Shown here: in pieces, positions 48,304 through 61,449 of the stretch
How positions within the stretch are numbered: position 1 is the first letter of the stretch
Layout of the letters: each line of letters opens with the position of its first letter
Assembly: GCF_006345805.1 (NCBI RefSeq)
Contig: NC_043002.1
Location: 4,588,001 to 4,652,000, forward strand
DNA: 64,000 nucleotides
Direction: 5' to 3'
Source of the DNA: Octopus sinensis
Taxonomy: Eukaryota
The notes under the pieces: generated by a model
Told to the model about the DNA's origin: nothing
Databases searched by the model: none
The model's input: the letters and a program-made list of their open reading frames with translations, nothing else
Position numbers and translations under genes: made by a program

Positions 48304-49054
48304 GCACATACATATACGTGTGTATGTATATATATATACACACATAACTATATATGCATGTATGTATGTATCTATGTGTGTGTGTGTCTGTGCACGCATA
48401 CACAACACGCATACATTTACAAACACACTCTCATACGCAGGCGTAAATATAATTATATGACGAAAATTATTTCTTTTCTTTTTGTGTATATGTTTTCTGT
48501 ATAGCTTTTTTTTTTGTTTCATAGCTGTTGGCTATTATTACTTAAATTAGTATAAGTATTTTAATTAGGAGTTAATATTATAATATAATATATTATCTAA
48601 CACATAAAACAATCAAGGAATAGAGCCAATTATTTGAAATCAATCAATTTTTCAACAAAAAAATAAATATATATGTATATAGACTTAAACATGGAAACTT
48701 AATTAAAAAAATTGAAAACACTCTTAACAAAATTATTCGTAAATGGTGATTGTTTGTTAAAGTCAGTAATTAAAGCGCAGCACAGGTAAAGTTAGTTATA
48801 AAGGCACACACGGATGAGGAAAATTATATATTTGCACAGTAATTAGTGGATATTAAAAAAAAAACATATATATCATAAAAATCTAAAGAGAAAGTGGTTG
48901 GTTAGTGGATGGTGGTGGTGGTGGTGGTGGTGGTGGTGGTGGTGGTGGTGATGATGCGAGTAATTCGAAAGAAAAAACAGCAACAATTTAATAAATATTA
49001 AATCAAAGAGCAAAACGTAAATATAAAATCGAAGCAGCTGATTGGCCGGGTGTT

Positions 49055-49085
<31 letters not shown>

Positions 49086-51189
49086 TCCTTTATTACCCAC
49101 AAGGAGCTAAACACAGAGGGGACAAACAAGGACAGACAAACAGATTAAGTCGATTATATCGACACCAGTGCGTAACTGGTATTCAATTTATCGATCCCGA
49201 AAGGATGAAAGGCAAAGTCGACCTCGGCGCAATTTGAACTCAGAACGTAGCGACGGGCGAAATACCGCAAAGCACTTCGCCCGGCGTGCTAACGTCTCTG
49301 CCAGCTCGCCGTTCTCAGGACGGCCGTAGTATATGCATGTCATCATTCAATTTACTTCAAAGCCGCGAGCTGGCAGAAACGTTAGCACGCCGGGCGAAAT
49401 GCATAGCAGTATTTCGTCTGTCTTTACATTCTGAGTTCAAATTCCGCCGAGGTCGACTTTGCCTTTCACTCCTTTCGGGATCGATAAATTAAATACCAGT
49501 TACACACTGGGGTCGATATAATCGACTTAATCCGTTTGTCTGTCCTTGTTTGTCCCCTCTGTGTTTAGCCCCTTGTGGATAGTAAAGAAATAGGTATTTC
49601 GTCTGTTGTTACATTGCGAGTTCAAATTCCGCCGAGGTCAACTTTGCCTTTCACTCCTTTTGAGGTCGATAAATTAAGTACCAGTTGCGTACTGGGGTCG
49701 ATGTAATCGACTGGAACCCTCCCCCCAAATTTCGGGCCTTGTGCCTAGAGTAGAAAAGATTATTCAGTTTATTTCAAGATTTCTTGCCAGTAGAGAAAGA
49801 ACGGGTTTTTAACCTATAAGGGGCGCAAACATACTTGTGTGGCTAAGAAGTTCACTCTGCAACCACTTTGTTCCCCGCCTCACAACCGATGCTGGTTTAC
49901 TTACGTCCCCGTTATTAGCATATCGGTAAAAGAAATTTATAGAATAATTACTAGGCTTTTAAAAAATCAGTACTGGTGTCGATCTAATCCACTAAATCTT
50001 TCACGTGCGGTATCCCAGCATGGCCGCAATCCACTAATTGAAACAAGTGAAAGAGCATATTCATACTTATGTGTGTGTGTGTTTGTAAGAGAGAGAGAGA
50101 GAGAGAGAGAGAAAGAAAATAGGGAGAGTGAAATGTCACTCCTTCCGTTTATGCGTCATAAAACAAAGTCGGTCCACGGTTTAAACCATTGGATATTTTT
50201 ATTCGCGGCACACTTCAAAGCTAATAGATTTTGGTACATTTAATGCATAAAGTTTTAAAACAAAGTATATACAAAAATTATTTGTATATTTGTATAACCC
50301 CTAAATATAAATAATTTAACTTCAGGAAATTAATTAGTTCTTTATTCAATAAATAAAGCAGAGATAACAAGAATTAAATTAAGAATTTTAATTTGCATAG
50401 TTCACATTTTTAAAAATATAATTTCATTATTTTTGCCAAGTAAGGGTGGTGGGCGAACAGAATTTGTTAAGTCGACAGACAAAATGCCATTAGATGTACC
50501 GAATCGTTACTGTTTAATTTCAAATACTATCAACGTTAACTTTGCTTTTCATCCTTTTGGATCGATGAAATAAATTATCAGACAAAATCTAAGGTTGATT
50601 TAATCGATTAACCGCTCCTCAAGATTTGCGATCTTTTGCTTATGATCAGCTTTTTACCAGGCGTCCAGAGGTTGGCTGGCCGAAACTCTCCAGTTCCCTC
50701 TGTGTCGTGCTACATGCACACTGTAACAAAATTTTAATTTTGTTTTTGTTTTTGGTCAGTAAATGTTATTTCCTACTTGCTTCTATCTAGAAACAAAAGG
50801 AAATGACTACTATTCCCTTCAAACTTTGCTGTAGTGAGCTGGGCATCAATGTTTTGAAACGGACCTATTTTCCATTACATTTCAGACAGATTCAGCAGTG
50901 AGTTGCTGAAGCAGAAATATCATTACAGCAGACATATCAGCTCAATATTACGGATTTGCTTGTCAGTTGCTTGACCATAACCACTTGAACAAGTCCCTTT
51001 GTGGCTGATAATATACGCATCTCTGATCATGACCAGGAGTACTGGGGGAACATCATAGACATGTATTGCGAGGTATTCAGGGGTGGTGAATAAATGTAAC
51101 AAAAGCAGAGTTTGAAGGAAATATAAGGCAATTTTCATACTTCCTAAGGGGTAAGCAAATATGAAAAAACAGTTGCTACCCAAAGACTA

Positions 51190-51500
51190 AACTCGTGTTA
51201 CATGATGTAACAACCGAGCCCTTGTTTCCAGTCCATTCTGTAAGGATAGTCTTGGGAAATGACTCGTAACGCATTGTATAGCCAAAATTGATAAGTTTTG
51301 GGGCTTAATTCTTGACAATAGTTGTCTTTGGACTTTAAGCTTTACTAGTACTACAGCGTTCGTTACTCTATCTTTCCAGCTTATTCTACCCAATCTGTTG
51401 AAGATACACATCTCAAAGGCTTCGCTTACGTTAGAAACAATTATTATCGTAGTTTCGTGTGGGTGCATCAGGTTCCACACCAAAACGCTGCGGCGCAACG
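51190..51500 (-). pseudogene. RTE-like LINE remnant (post-RT C-terminal region)
   Basis: EAFEMCIFNRLGRISWKDRVTNAVVL.KLKVQRQLLSRIK resembles EAFEMWCYRRILRISWxDRVTNEEVL of RTE-type ORFs. Confidence 0.6.
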
Positions 51501-51829
51501 TCTGGAAACCTATTCGAAAGGAATTAGAAGAAATTCCATTTTATACGACACTATAGTATGATTTGAAATCTTGGTTAGATTCTCTTCATTGATCTCGGTT
51601 ATGAATTCGAAAAATAAATATATGACTCAGTCATTTTATCTCTTCTAAAATGTATCCCGTAAGAAATGTTACGACTTCTATATTTTCAAACTGTAAACGC
51701 TTGAACAGTAGTTTAGAATGTCTAATGGCGTCAAGTAATACTTATATGTATTTGGACATATTTAAACTAATTAAATTTCATTTTTCATGATAATCTAATT
51801 GAAATTTCATTAATTATAGCTCTTAAAAC

Positions 51830-52886
51830 ATGGAAGTGTTTAAGGGGCATTTAAAGCGTATAATGCTTTACAGGTTTACAAAAAGGGAACTCGGCAGTTT
51901 AAGCAGCTCAAAATATTCACTCAGCTTATGTAGCAGAGTGCCTGAATGAAAGAACTTGGAGAAGTTGGTGTGTAAAATTCAGAAGTGTAGAATTCAGCCT
52001 CAAAGATGAGGCCCAAACTAGATGTTCAATTGAGTTTAATGACAAGCTCCTTTTGGTAGAACTTAAAAAAGATCATGCAGTTTCAGTTGAAGAATTGGCA
52101 AGCAATCTTCGTTCAAGCCATTCATCTGTTCACCGCCATCTTCAACAGCTTGGAAAGGTCTCAAAGCTCGCAAAATGAGTGCCTCATGATTGTCTGAAGC
52201 CAACCGCAAATCCCGAGGGGACATCTGCTCTTCTCTTCGTTCCCATGAACTCATCTCGCCCTTTTTGGACAGACTGGTGACCGGAGATGAAGAATAGGTC
52301 TTTTATCAAAACGTTAAGCGTCGTAGACATTGGCTTGGTGAAGGGGAAAATGTCCAAAAACAACAACTGAAAAGGAAACTCCATGCAACTTTGAGTTGCT
52401 ACCAACTAATATAACAATCAATGCTCTAATCAAATGTCAGCAATTAGAGAGTTTGAGCGCTGCTTTGAAGAAAAAAGGCCCGCTTTAATGAATCGAAAAG
52501 GAGTGGTGTTTTTCAGAACAATGCAAGACTCCACACTACAAATAGTACGTCACAGAAGGTTGAGGAACTTGGCTGGGAGAAAATTGCTCATCCGCCTTAT
52601 CCCCAAGACTTTGCTCCTTCAGATTACCATTTGTTCTATAGTTTACAGAATCATTTGGATTAATTAACTCTCGAGACAAATGAGGAAGTCGAAACTGACC
52701 TTTCAGAGTTTTCTTCGAAACCGAAAGAGTTTATCACCAATGGCAATAAAAAGCTGACGAGTAGATGGAAAGATGTCATAGACAATCACGGAAACTATAT
52801 TGACGATTAAATTTTATTAAACGTAAGATTTGATCATTTGTTTTCTTTATTTAAAATCAGGACATTACTTACAGGATGACCTGATA
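51830..52886 (+). pseudogene. Decayed mariner (DD34D) transposase with 3' TIR remnant
   Basis: MEVFKGHLKRIMLY..GNSA..AAQNIHSAY...ERTWRSWCVKFRSVEFSLKDE; (W)VPHD; FLDRLVTGDEE.VFYQNVKRRRHW; HPPYPQDFAPSDYHLFYSLQNHLD; stop at 52808-10; TIR-like ggacattacttacaggatgacctgata ending 52886. Multiple stops and frameshifts; 5' TIR not found. Confidence 0.85.
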
Positions 52887-53680
52887 TTTAAGGCGTTTGG
52901 CCGAATCAAATGTAGGACATTTTTCATTAACCGGATCTTTCTGTATACTTAAATGAAATCACAAGACCACAAATACAAGGTTGTAGTTATGCTCCATTGT
53001 ATCATAAATTTTCTTTTTCTGTATTTCTAACCTTTACCAGTTCACCATTCCGATTTTCCTCGCATATATTAAGAAAAAAGTTACGTCATACAATATATTA
53101 TAGGACATTAAAAGCCTTATATTAATTTAACGTGTGCATATTTAAAGATCGACTTTAAAGAAAATAAATCTAACAAAATCTGTGCAAATAAGGATAAAGA
53201 ATTTTTCAAACCTAAAAACATTTTTTTTTACTGGAATCTCTAAATTTCATTTTGGAATCCTGGAATTTCTATCCCGGAATCATAATTTCCCTCTCACCAT
53301 AAGGTTAAAACTTTGCGAGTATAGCTGAATATATGCACGCCAGTATTGATTCATTTTTTATTTCATCTCTCACTGAAAGACAAAGATATTCTAGGCAGGA
53401 TTCGATTGTAGATTACGAACTGAAGGAACAGATAAAGGGATGTAACTTAATGTAGGATTACATTTTGTTGGACGCTTCACCAATTTTGGCACCCGCTGCT
53501 CAAAATGGTCATTGAATATGTATATTCAGTGAAAGACAGCGAGGTAATTCGTGCCTGTGACTTTGTTTCGATACCCTCTTGAAGTCTTTTCATGTCAATC
53601 GCAGCTTTCGTGCTATTAGATGCACAGAAGCCACATATTTTAACTAGGATTACTTGAAAGTCTGAAAGCCTTAATGGGTG

Positions 53681-53727
<47 letters not shown>

Positions 53728-53836
53728 ATCACGTGACCGACCAGGCTATCAGATGTTGCTACACATCGATGGTCACAATGTGCTTCGCATTGTTTTAGCC
53801 TTCAAATAACGCCAGCCCGCCGGCTGAGCAAGCAGG

Positions 53837-53871
<35 letters not shown>

Positions 53872-53929
53872 ATATATATATATAGATATATATATATATA
53901 CGAGAAAGAAGCAACAAGAATGGATTGGT

Positions 53930-54020
53930 TTTTAGTACAATTGTTTCATACAAAGACAGGTTTTATTACAAGTTGCAAAAATTGCACCAGATAAAAGTGT
54001 CCCGTACTCATCAGCTAAAA
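53930..54020 (-). ncRNA. Type I hammerhead ribozyme motif (left arm, minus strand)
   Basis: Mirror copy of 54403-54493. It differs only by one substitution in the distal part of stem II; all core, stem I and stem III positions are identical. Confidence 0.8.
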
Positions 54021-54402
54021 TACATTTGAGTTCTCTAGACATCTTAGTGGGTGAGGCTATACTCATGAAATATTGGAGATAGTTCCATTAGAGGCAGATA
54101 TAGGTTGTAAACAGTTTTCCAAAGTTCCTTAATGATGATGCACAGTCTTATCACAGATTTTTAAAAAACTTATTAGTTTCGAAGAGAAGATGAATCAATC
54201 CATAGTGTAAATCTACACTATGGACTGATTCATCTTCTCTTCGAAACTGATAAGTTTTTTAAAAATCTGTGATAAGACTGTGCATCATCATTAAGGAACT
54301 TTGGAAAACTGTTTACAACCTATATCTGCCTCTAATGGAACTATCTCCAATATTTCATGAGTATAGCCTCACCCACTAAGATGTCTAGAGAACTCAAATG
54401 TA

Positions 54403-54493
54403 TTTTAGCTGATGAGTACGGGACACTTTTATCTGCTGCAATTTTTGCAACTTGTAATAAAACCTGTCTTTGTATGAAACAATTGTACTAAAA
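54403..54493 (+). ncRNA. Type I hammerhead ribozyme motif (right arm of palindrome)
   Basis: Stem I TTTTAG(54403-08)/CTAAAA(54488-93); core CTGATGA 54409-15; stem II GTACGG-GACA...TGTC-T-TTGTAT 54416-75; GAAA 54476-79; stem III AC-AATT-GT (self-complementary ACAATTGT); predicted cleavage GUA after 54487. Fold read by hand; activity untested. Confidence 0.8.
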
Positions 54494-54646
54494 ACCAATC
54501 CATTCTTGTTGCTTCTTTCTCGTTTATATCACCCCACATTACTGTATGGATAACACCATATAGTTTTTCTGGTGCATCTAAGTTAAGTACCACATTCAAG
54601 TAAATTCATTGGAAGTTACTTGAATCATAATTGCTTTGATTGTATA

Positions 54647-54678
<32 letters not shown>

Positions 54679-54711
54679 ACTGTAATTGTTCCACTGTTGT
54701 TTTTTTGTTTT

Positions 54712-54771
<60 letters not shown>

Positions 54772-54894
54772 GTGTGTGTGTGTGTGTGTATGTTGTGTGT
54801 GTGTGTGTGTGCATGTATATGTGTGTCTGTATATATATATATATATATACAGATGATATACACCCATATATAGATACATAATACATATACACAC

Positions 54895-54949
<55 letters not shown>

Positions 54950-55501
54950 TGTTTCTTTATTAGCCACACAGGGCTGCACACAGACAGAACAAATTACAAG
55001 GTAGAGCTTTTCTTTTGGGGGTAAAAAAGAGGGGGTTGGTTTTCGATCAAAAGGGATCGTAAAAGGAAAGAAAGAGGACAAAAAAGGGGAGGATTTTAAA
55101 AAAGGGGGGGGAAGAAAAGGGGAGAGGAAAAAAAAGTTGATCAATAGGGATCGTAATCACAGAAATGTCAATATGAAGTGTAAAGGGGAGGACAGGTGAG
55201 GTTTACCCGCAGAAAGAAAAGCCTACGGAAAAGACCACGGCAACCTCGGTTAATGAAGTCACATGTTATATTTCTTTTTTTTTTTTTTTGCAAATAAGCA
55301 ACTCTCTGTATTAATTTTTACGGTTCATAGAATCATAGTCAAGGTGGCTTCATCATTCATACGTGCCATCCTCGCTACATTCACCCATCTTTTTTTAAAA
55401 CATTCACTAGACAAAACTTGCCTCTCTACTCTCACTTTCCCCTTCAAGTGATACTTGAAGAAGTTGATGAGAGATTGACCAGAGAGGAAAGTGTTTGTCT
55501 C
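54950..55501 (-). mobile_element. Second, shorter copy of the same Tx1/L1-like LINE 3' end
   Basis: Colinear with 1590-2175 (tgtttctttattagccacacagggctgcacacag... to ...gagattgaccagagaggaaagtgtttgtct); GATA repeats on both sides. Confidence 0.85.
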
Positions 55502-55588
55502 TAAGATAGATAGATTGATGGAGGGATGGATAGATAGATAGAAAGAAAGAAAGAAAGAATGAAAGAAAGAAAGAAAGAAAGAAAGAAA

Positions 55589-55619
<31 letters not shown>

Positions 55620-57808
55620 ATATGTATGTATGGTTATGAATTTATAGGGTACTCAATACCGGATTTGTGGTTACTATTAAATTCACAATCTGCACAGAAT
55701 GTTTACTGTGTATGTATGCGTGCGTGTGTGTGTATGAGCGTCCGTGCGTGCGTGCGTTCGTGTCTGCGTGCGTATGTATGTGTGTGTGTACGAGAGAGAG
55801 AGAAAGAAAGAGAAGGGCAGAGACTATGTGCGTGTAAGTGTAAGTCTGGGTATGTATGTAAATGTGTATTTATACATATATGTATGTAGTAGGAAGGTAT
55901 GTATATGTGTATTATGCGTCTGTGTGTATCTATGTATGCCTGTCTTATATCTGTATTCTAGTTTGTATGTGTGGATGTATATGAAAAATAAAAAAAACAC
56001 ACACACACAAAAAAAAAAGGTGAAAGTGTCGAGAAAGCCTTAAGTTATTGTCGTGTCATCAGAGAAGGTTTCGTCTTCAGACATAATGGGTCAAGAACAC
56101 TTGAGCCCGAGGTGGGCCTCTCCCTTCCAGGCTGCTGATTACGACTTGAACTCATTGGGCTCAATGGGTAATGGCGCGACTGGGAATCGAGACTCCAGTG
56201 GAGGTTCCCCTTGCCAAGCGATTATATATGTATTGATGCACGCATGCATGTGCGTGTGTGTGTATGTATCTGTGTGTGTGTATGTATGTGCATATGTATG
56301 TAGACATGTATGCGTTTATGCGTGTATGTATGTATGTATGAATGTATTCGTGCGTGTATTTATGTAAGTATGAATCCGTTCATATTAGTATATATATGTA
56401 TGTGTTGTGTGTGTCTGTCTGTGTTTGATACTTTGTGTGTGTGTGTGATTCTTTGTGTGAGTGTGTGTATGTGTGTATCTGTGTGTGATTCTTTGTGTGA
56501 GTGTGTGTGTGTGTGTTTGTATTTGTATATATGTGCGTTTGACTCTTTGTGTGTGTGTGCATGCGTGTGTTTGCGCGCGAATGAATGAACTGCTTGATGT
56601 TGGACGAATTGATGGACGGATATATGTGTGCGTATTCATACTTGCAAACATATACATAGAAAAATGTATACATACACACGCACACGCACACACACACACA
56701 CACATTTATGTCTGTATATGGAACGCATTATGCATATATGTATGTATCCACGTATGGGTATATGTATTACTTTTGGATTATGTATGTATGTATGCACTTA
56801 TGTACGTTTGAATTTGTACGAGTGTGTATTGTTAAAAAAAAGTAGTTCCCTTAGAAAACACATGAAACTAAGTTCGATCCTATTCTACGGCAGTATGGAC
56901 AATAAATGATTCATAGATTAGCTTTGAGGTGGCCAATTTCTTTGAAGTGAAATCTGTTCGACAGAAATTGAGTCGTGTACACATGTGTGTGTGTGTGTGT
57001 GTGTATGTATATATAGAGAGAGAAGATATAGTTGAAGCTGCTTACTATACTCACGGACAATGCTATCAAACGGCTAATAATATCCATATTTAAGGCGGCG
57101 AGCTGGCAAATCGTTAGCACACCGGGCAAAATGCTTAGCGGCATTTCGTCTATCGTTACGTTCTGAGTTCAAATTCCACTGAGACTGACTTTGCCTTTCA
57201 TCTTCTTGGGGTCGATGAAATAAGTACCAGTTGAACACTGGTGTCGACGTAATCGACTTTTCCCCTCCTCCGAAATAACTGGCTTTGTGCCAAAATTTGA
57301 AATCAATATTTGAGCAGCGAAGGGTAGCGATCTGGCAGCGTGTATAGCACGTTGGGCAATATCTTAGCGGCATTTTTTCCGGCCCTTTACGTTCTGAGTT
57401 CAAATACAACCGAGGTCAACTTTGTTCTTTATCCTTTCTGGTTTGATAAAATGAAGTACCAGGCAGTTACCGAAGTCGATGCAATTGACTCTTCCTACCT
57501 GCTAAAGTTTCTAGCCTTGTGTCAAAATCGGAAACAGTATTAGAGCAGACAGATTCCAGAGCCGTTAGTGCGTCGCGGCTCTTTACTTTCTGATTTCAAG
57601 TCTTGCTGTGGTCACCCGTGTCTTCCATTCCTCTCGCGGTCGTTAATATAAATTAACAGTTTAGTATTTAAGTCAATGGTATTGACTAACATTCTCTCTT
57701 GGAAAACTGCGGTCCTTGAACCTAAATCAGAAGCAAAAACCGAAATATCAACGGGTTGCAAACTCGTATTTACTAATGAGCTTAGAACAGAGGATTATTG
57801 TCATCGAA

Positions 57809-58186
57809 GTGGAGGCGCAATGGCCCAGTGGTTAGGGCAGCGGACTCGCGGTCGTAGGATCGCGGTTTCGATTCCCAGACCGGGCGTTGTGAGTGTTTAT
57901 TGAGCGAAAACACCTAAAGCTCCACGAGGCTCCGGCAGGGATGGTGGTGATCCCTGCTGTACTCTTTCACCACAACTTTCTCTCACTCTTACTTCCTGTT
58001 TCTGTTGTACCTGTATTTCAAAGGGCTGGCCTTGTCACTCTCTGTGTCACGCTGAATATCCCCGAGAACTACGTTAAGAGTACACTTGTCTGTGGAGTGC
58101 TCAGCCACTTACACGTTAGTTTCACGAGCAGGCTGTTCCGTTGATCGGATCAACCGGAACCCTCGTCGTCGTAACCGACGGAGTGC
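57809..58186 (+). mobile_element. SINE head A with tail iv
   Basis: gtggaggcgcaatggcccagtggttagggcagcgg... ending ggaaccctcgtcgtcgtaaccgacggag, the same tail as the element at about 7835-8155. Confidence 0.75.
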
Positions 58187-58496
58187 TTCCTTATTGTCAT
58201 CGAAAAGATATCAGCCCAAGATGATCACAATAAGCGGCAATAACTCAAGCTTCAAGTATTTTCCAAGGTTATCTTGAATCTGGAAAGTATCTTCTCTTCC
58301 AAAGCGGAACTGGCCTTAATTACCATTTAGTAATTATCACACATCCTCTGGAGGTGGAGAAGATTTTAATCAATCAAGAAATTAATAAATCAAGAATTTA
58401 TATTGTGTGGTTTTTCATATACCGGCATTTCTCTAATTTCTTCAAATACATTTCACTGGCCACTCTGATTTATTTCTCATAGCTCACTTTTTTTTC

Positions 58497-58558
<62 letters not shown>

Positions 58559-58983
58559 GTATGTATATATATATGTGTATTGTGTATATATATATATATG
58601 TATATATATATATGTATGTAATATATATATATATATTATATATATATATGTATGTATAAATATATATATATATTCTTTTATTCTTTTACTTGTTTCAGTC
58701 ATGTGATTGCAACCATGCTGGAGCACTGCTTTGAAGGGGTTTTTTTTAGTTCAACACATCGACCCCAGGACATATTCTTTGTAAATTTAGTAATTTTAGT
58801 ATTTATTCTATCGAACTTTTTTGCCGAACCGCTCAATTACGGGGACGTAGACACACCAACAGCGGTTTTCAAGCGGTGATGGTGGGGACAAGCACAGACA
58901 CAAAGGCACACAAGTAGATATGTGCACACATACATACACACACACACACACACATACATACATATATATATAGATAGATAGAC

Positions 58984-59080
<97 letters not shown>

Positions 59081-59271
59081 TGTATATACGACAGGCTTCT
59101 TTCAGTTTCCGTCAACCAAATCCACTCAGATGGCTTTGATCGGCCCGAGGCTATAGTAAAGAAACTTGCCCAAAGTGCCATGTATTGGGACTGAACCAGG
59201 GACCATGTGGCTGGGAAGCAAACTTCTTAACACACAACCACGCCTGCTCCTTATATGTGTGTGTGTGTGTA

Positions 59272-59313
<42 letters not shown>

Positions 59314-59401
59314 TGTATGTGTGTGCGTGTGCGCGCGCGCGTGAAATGGTTTTTGATATGCAGCGTCGATTTTTTACAATTCTGTAAATAATAATAATAG
59401 T

Positions 59402-59617
59402 ATTTTATAAGCTTAAAATCTTACAAAAGATTATCGCACAATGACTAAAGTAAATAGTCTAATAAGGGGGCATAGAAGCCCTCGACGGAAAAAAAAATCT
59501 AAGTCTTTCCGTACGCGTGGAAATACCTATTTTTCTTCCATCGAGGACTTGTACGTCCCATTATTAGACTATTCTTTTTTTGTCATTGCACGATGATCGC
59601 TTATATGCTTATAAAAT
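59402..59617. mobile_element. MITE-like imperfect foldback
   Basis: ttttataagc/gcttataaaa, caatgac/gtcattg, aatagtctaataa/ttattagactatt and cctcgacggaa/ttccatcgagg pair symmetrically around a short spacer. Confidence 0.5.
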
Positions 59618-60681
59618 GCTAATACATAAATGTATGTATATATAAGTTGAATAAAGTTTTCACGTTTTTTATTATGGTATTTCCATTTAGCAAAAACATA
59701 CGGAGACATGTGGTCAGAAAATGCTTCTAATTTTTCCTATTTACAAACTTACATGACAGAAGTGAGGCTGGAAGAAAGATAAAAAAACAAAAACGGTTTG
59801 TTAAAATGTTCAAACCTGTTCTGAACGGAAATAACAGCAATTATATAACAACCAATTACTGATGTGGATTAATGAATATAAACAAGTTACAGAACATCGG
59901 TACGCCAGGCAAACTGTGATGTTTAAGAGCATGCGGATTGGTCAAAAGGGTATTCTAAAAATTCAGCTGGTTGGAGCCTTCTAAGAGGTGCTAAAGTTGT
60001 CATGTACTCAACTGTCAGTTAAACACATTTGAAATATAATGAGTACACTATGTATGAAAGCGCTAATTTTATTTAAATAACATAATAAAAAACGTGAAAA
60101 CCAGTCTATGTTTTAACTTTGTTCAACTTTAATGTGATATATATATATAATGAATTAGAGAAAAACCACTATTATGCAATTCAAACAATGATAGACATAA
60201 ACCAAATCACAAATAAAAAATAAAATATATTTTATAACATATAACTAGATCACAAAAATAACAATAATGAATAAACAATATATAAGTTTAAAAAAACTAC
60301 GTACGTTTCATGGCTATAATTTAAATTCGAATTACAATTAAATGTAATTTTAATTGAAAAGCAATTCAACTTAAAATTATAGTCACTCCTCAGGATAACA
60401 ATAATAACAATAATAGTTAAATAAATAAGCAAATAGATTTAAACAATATTTCTTAAAGAAATAAAATCATGATTTTTCTTATAGAAGAAGCTCCATTAAA
60501 TAAATTTGAAACTTAAAACATTAGGACCAGTTGCCTACAATACAATGATCATGTTAAATATTTAAGGTAAAAAAATAGAGTAAATAGATAGAAAAATGTA
60601 TTTATCAGTGAAGATATAATTTAGCTTTAATAAAAAACGTAAATAAACTATAGAATATCTTTATCCTAGTTACACTCAAAT

Positions 60682-60822
60682 ATTTAATTACCAAATTACT
60701 TTACAAAACAATCACACCTAATATTTTTAGATTTTAGTTCACATATAATAATTATAAAATAATTATTATATGTGAACTAATAGGCACACCGATAATTTTG
60801 TAAAATAGTTTGGTAATTAAAT
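60682..60822. mobile_element. MITE-like AT-rich foldback
   Basis: atttaattaccaaa/tttggtaattaaat outer arms; inner perfect 21-bp stem ttagttcacatataataatta/taattattatatgtgaactaa (60734-60780). Confidence 0.5.
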
Positions 60823-61372
60823 GATGATGATGATAACGACGACAACAACGACGGCGATGATGTCGATGATGGGGGACTAGCAGCGGTGGTGATGGCGGCG
60901 GGGGTAATGGTGGTGGCGACGGTGATGACAACGATGAGGTGGAGGTGAGGGACGAGAACGAAAAGGAAGAGAGGAGGAAAAAATTAGGGGAGGACGACGT
61001 TGACAGCGACGACGAATGAGCCGTACTTCAACACAACTAGTATGCTAAATAATTGATGTTCCTGTGGTAATCATTATGGTTTCGGCCCAGGTCAGCCCCA
61101 ATCCAGTGATTCAGCGAATGCATCTTGATGACCAAATGCATTCCCGGCCGTGGCCATCCTTTCTTTTCAGGCAGATTACTTAGACTACAATATCCAATAT
61201 ATCTTTTTTTTTTTTTTGGTAACAAAACACTTTATCTTTTGTTTTTTACTTGTTTCATCCATTAGAATGCGGCCAGGCTGGAGCACCGCACTGAAGAACT
61301 TTTAGTCGAATGAGTCGACTCCAGAACTTATTCCCACACACGCACACACATACACACGCACACACAAACACA

Positions 61373-61414
<42 letters not shown>

Positions 61415-61449
61415 ACACAAACACACACACACACATATATGTATATTGT

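Larger units (their letters stand above)
53900..54523. repeat. 624-bp near-perfect inverted repeat (foldback), 312-bp arms, no spacer
   Basis: Left arm ACGAGAAAGAAGCAACAAGAATGG... is the reverse complement of the right arm ...CCATTCTTGTTGCTTCTTTCTCGT. Symmetry centre 54211/54212 (GTGTAAA|TCTACAC); 4 mismatches and no indels found by eye. Confidence 0.95.
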
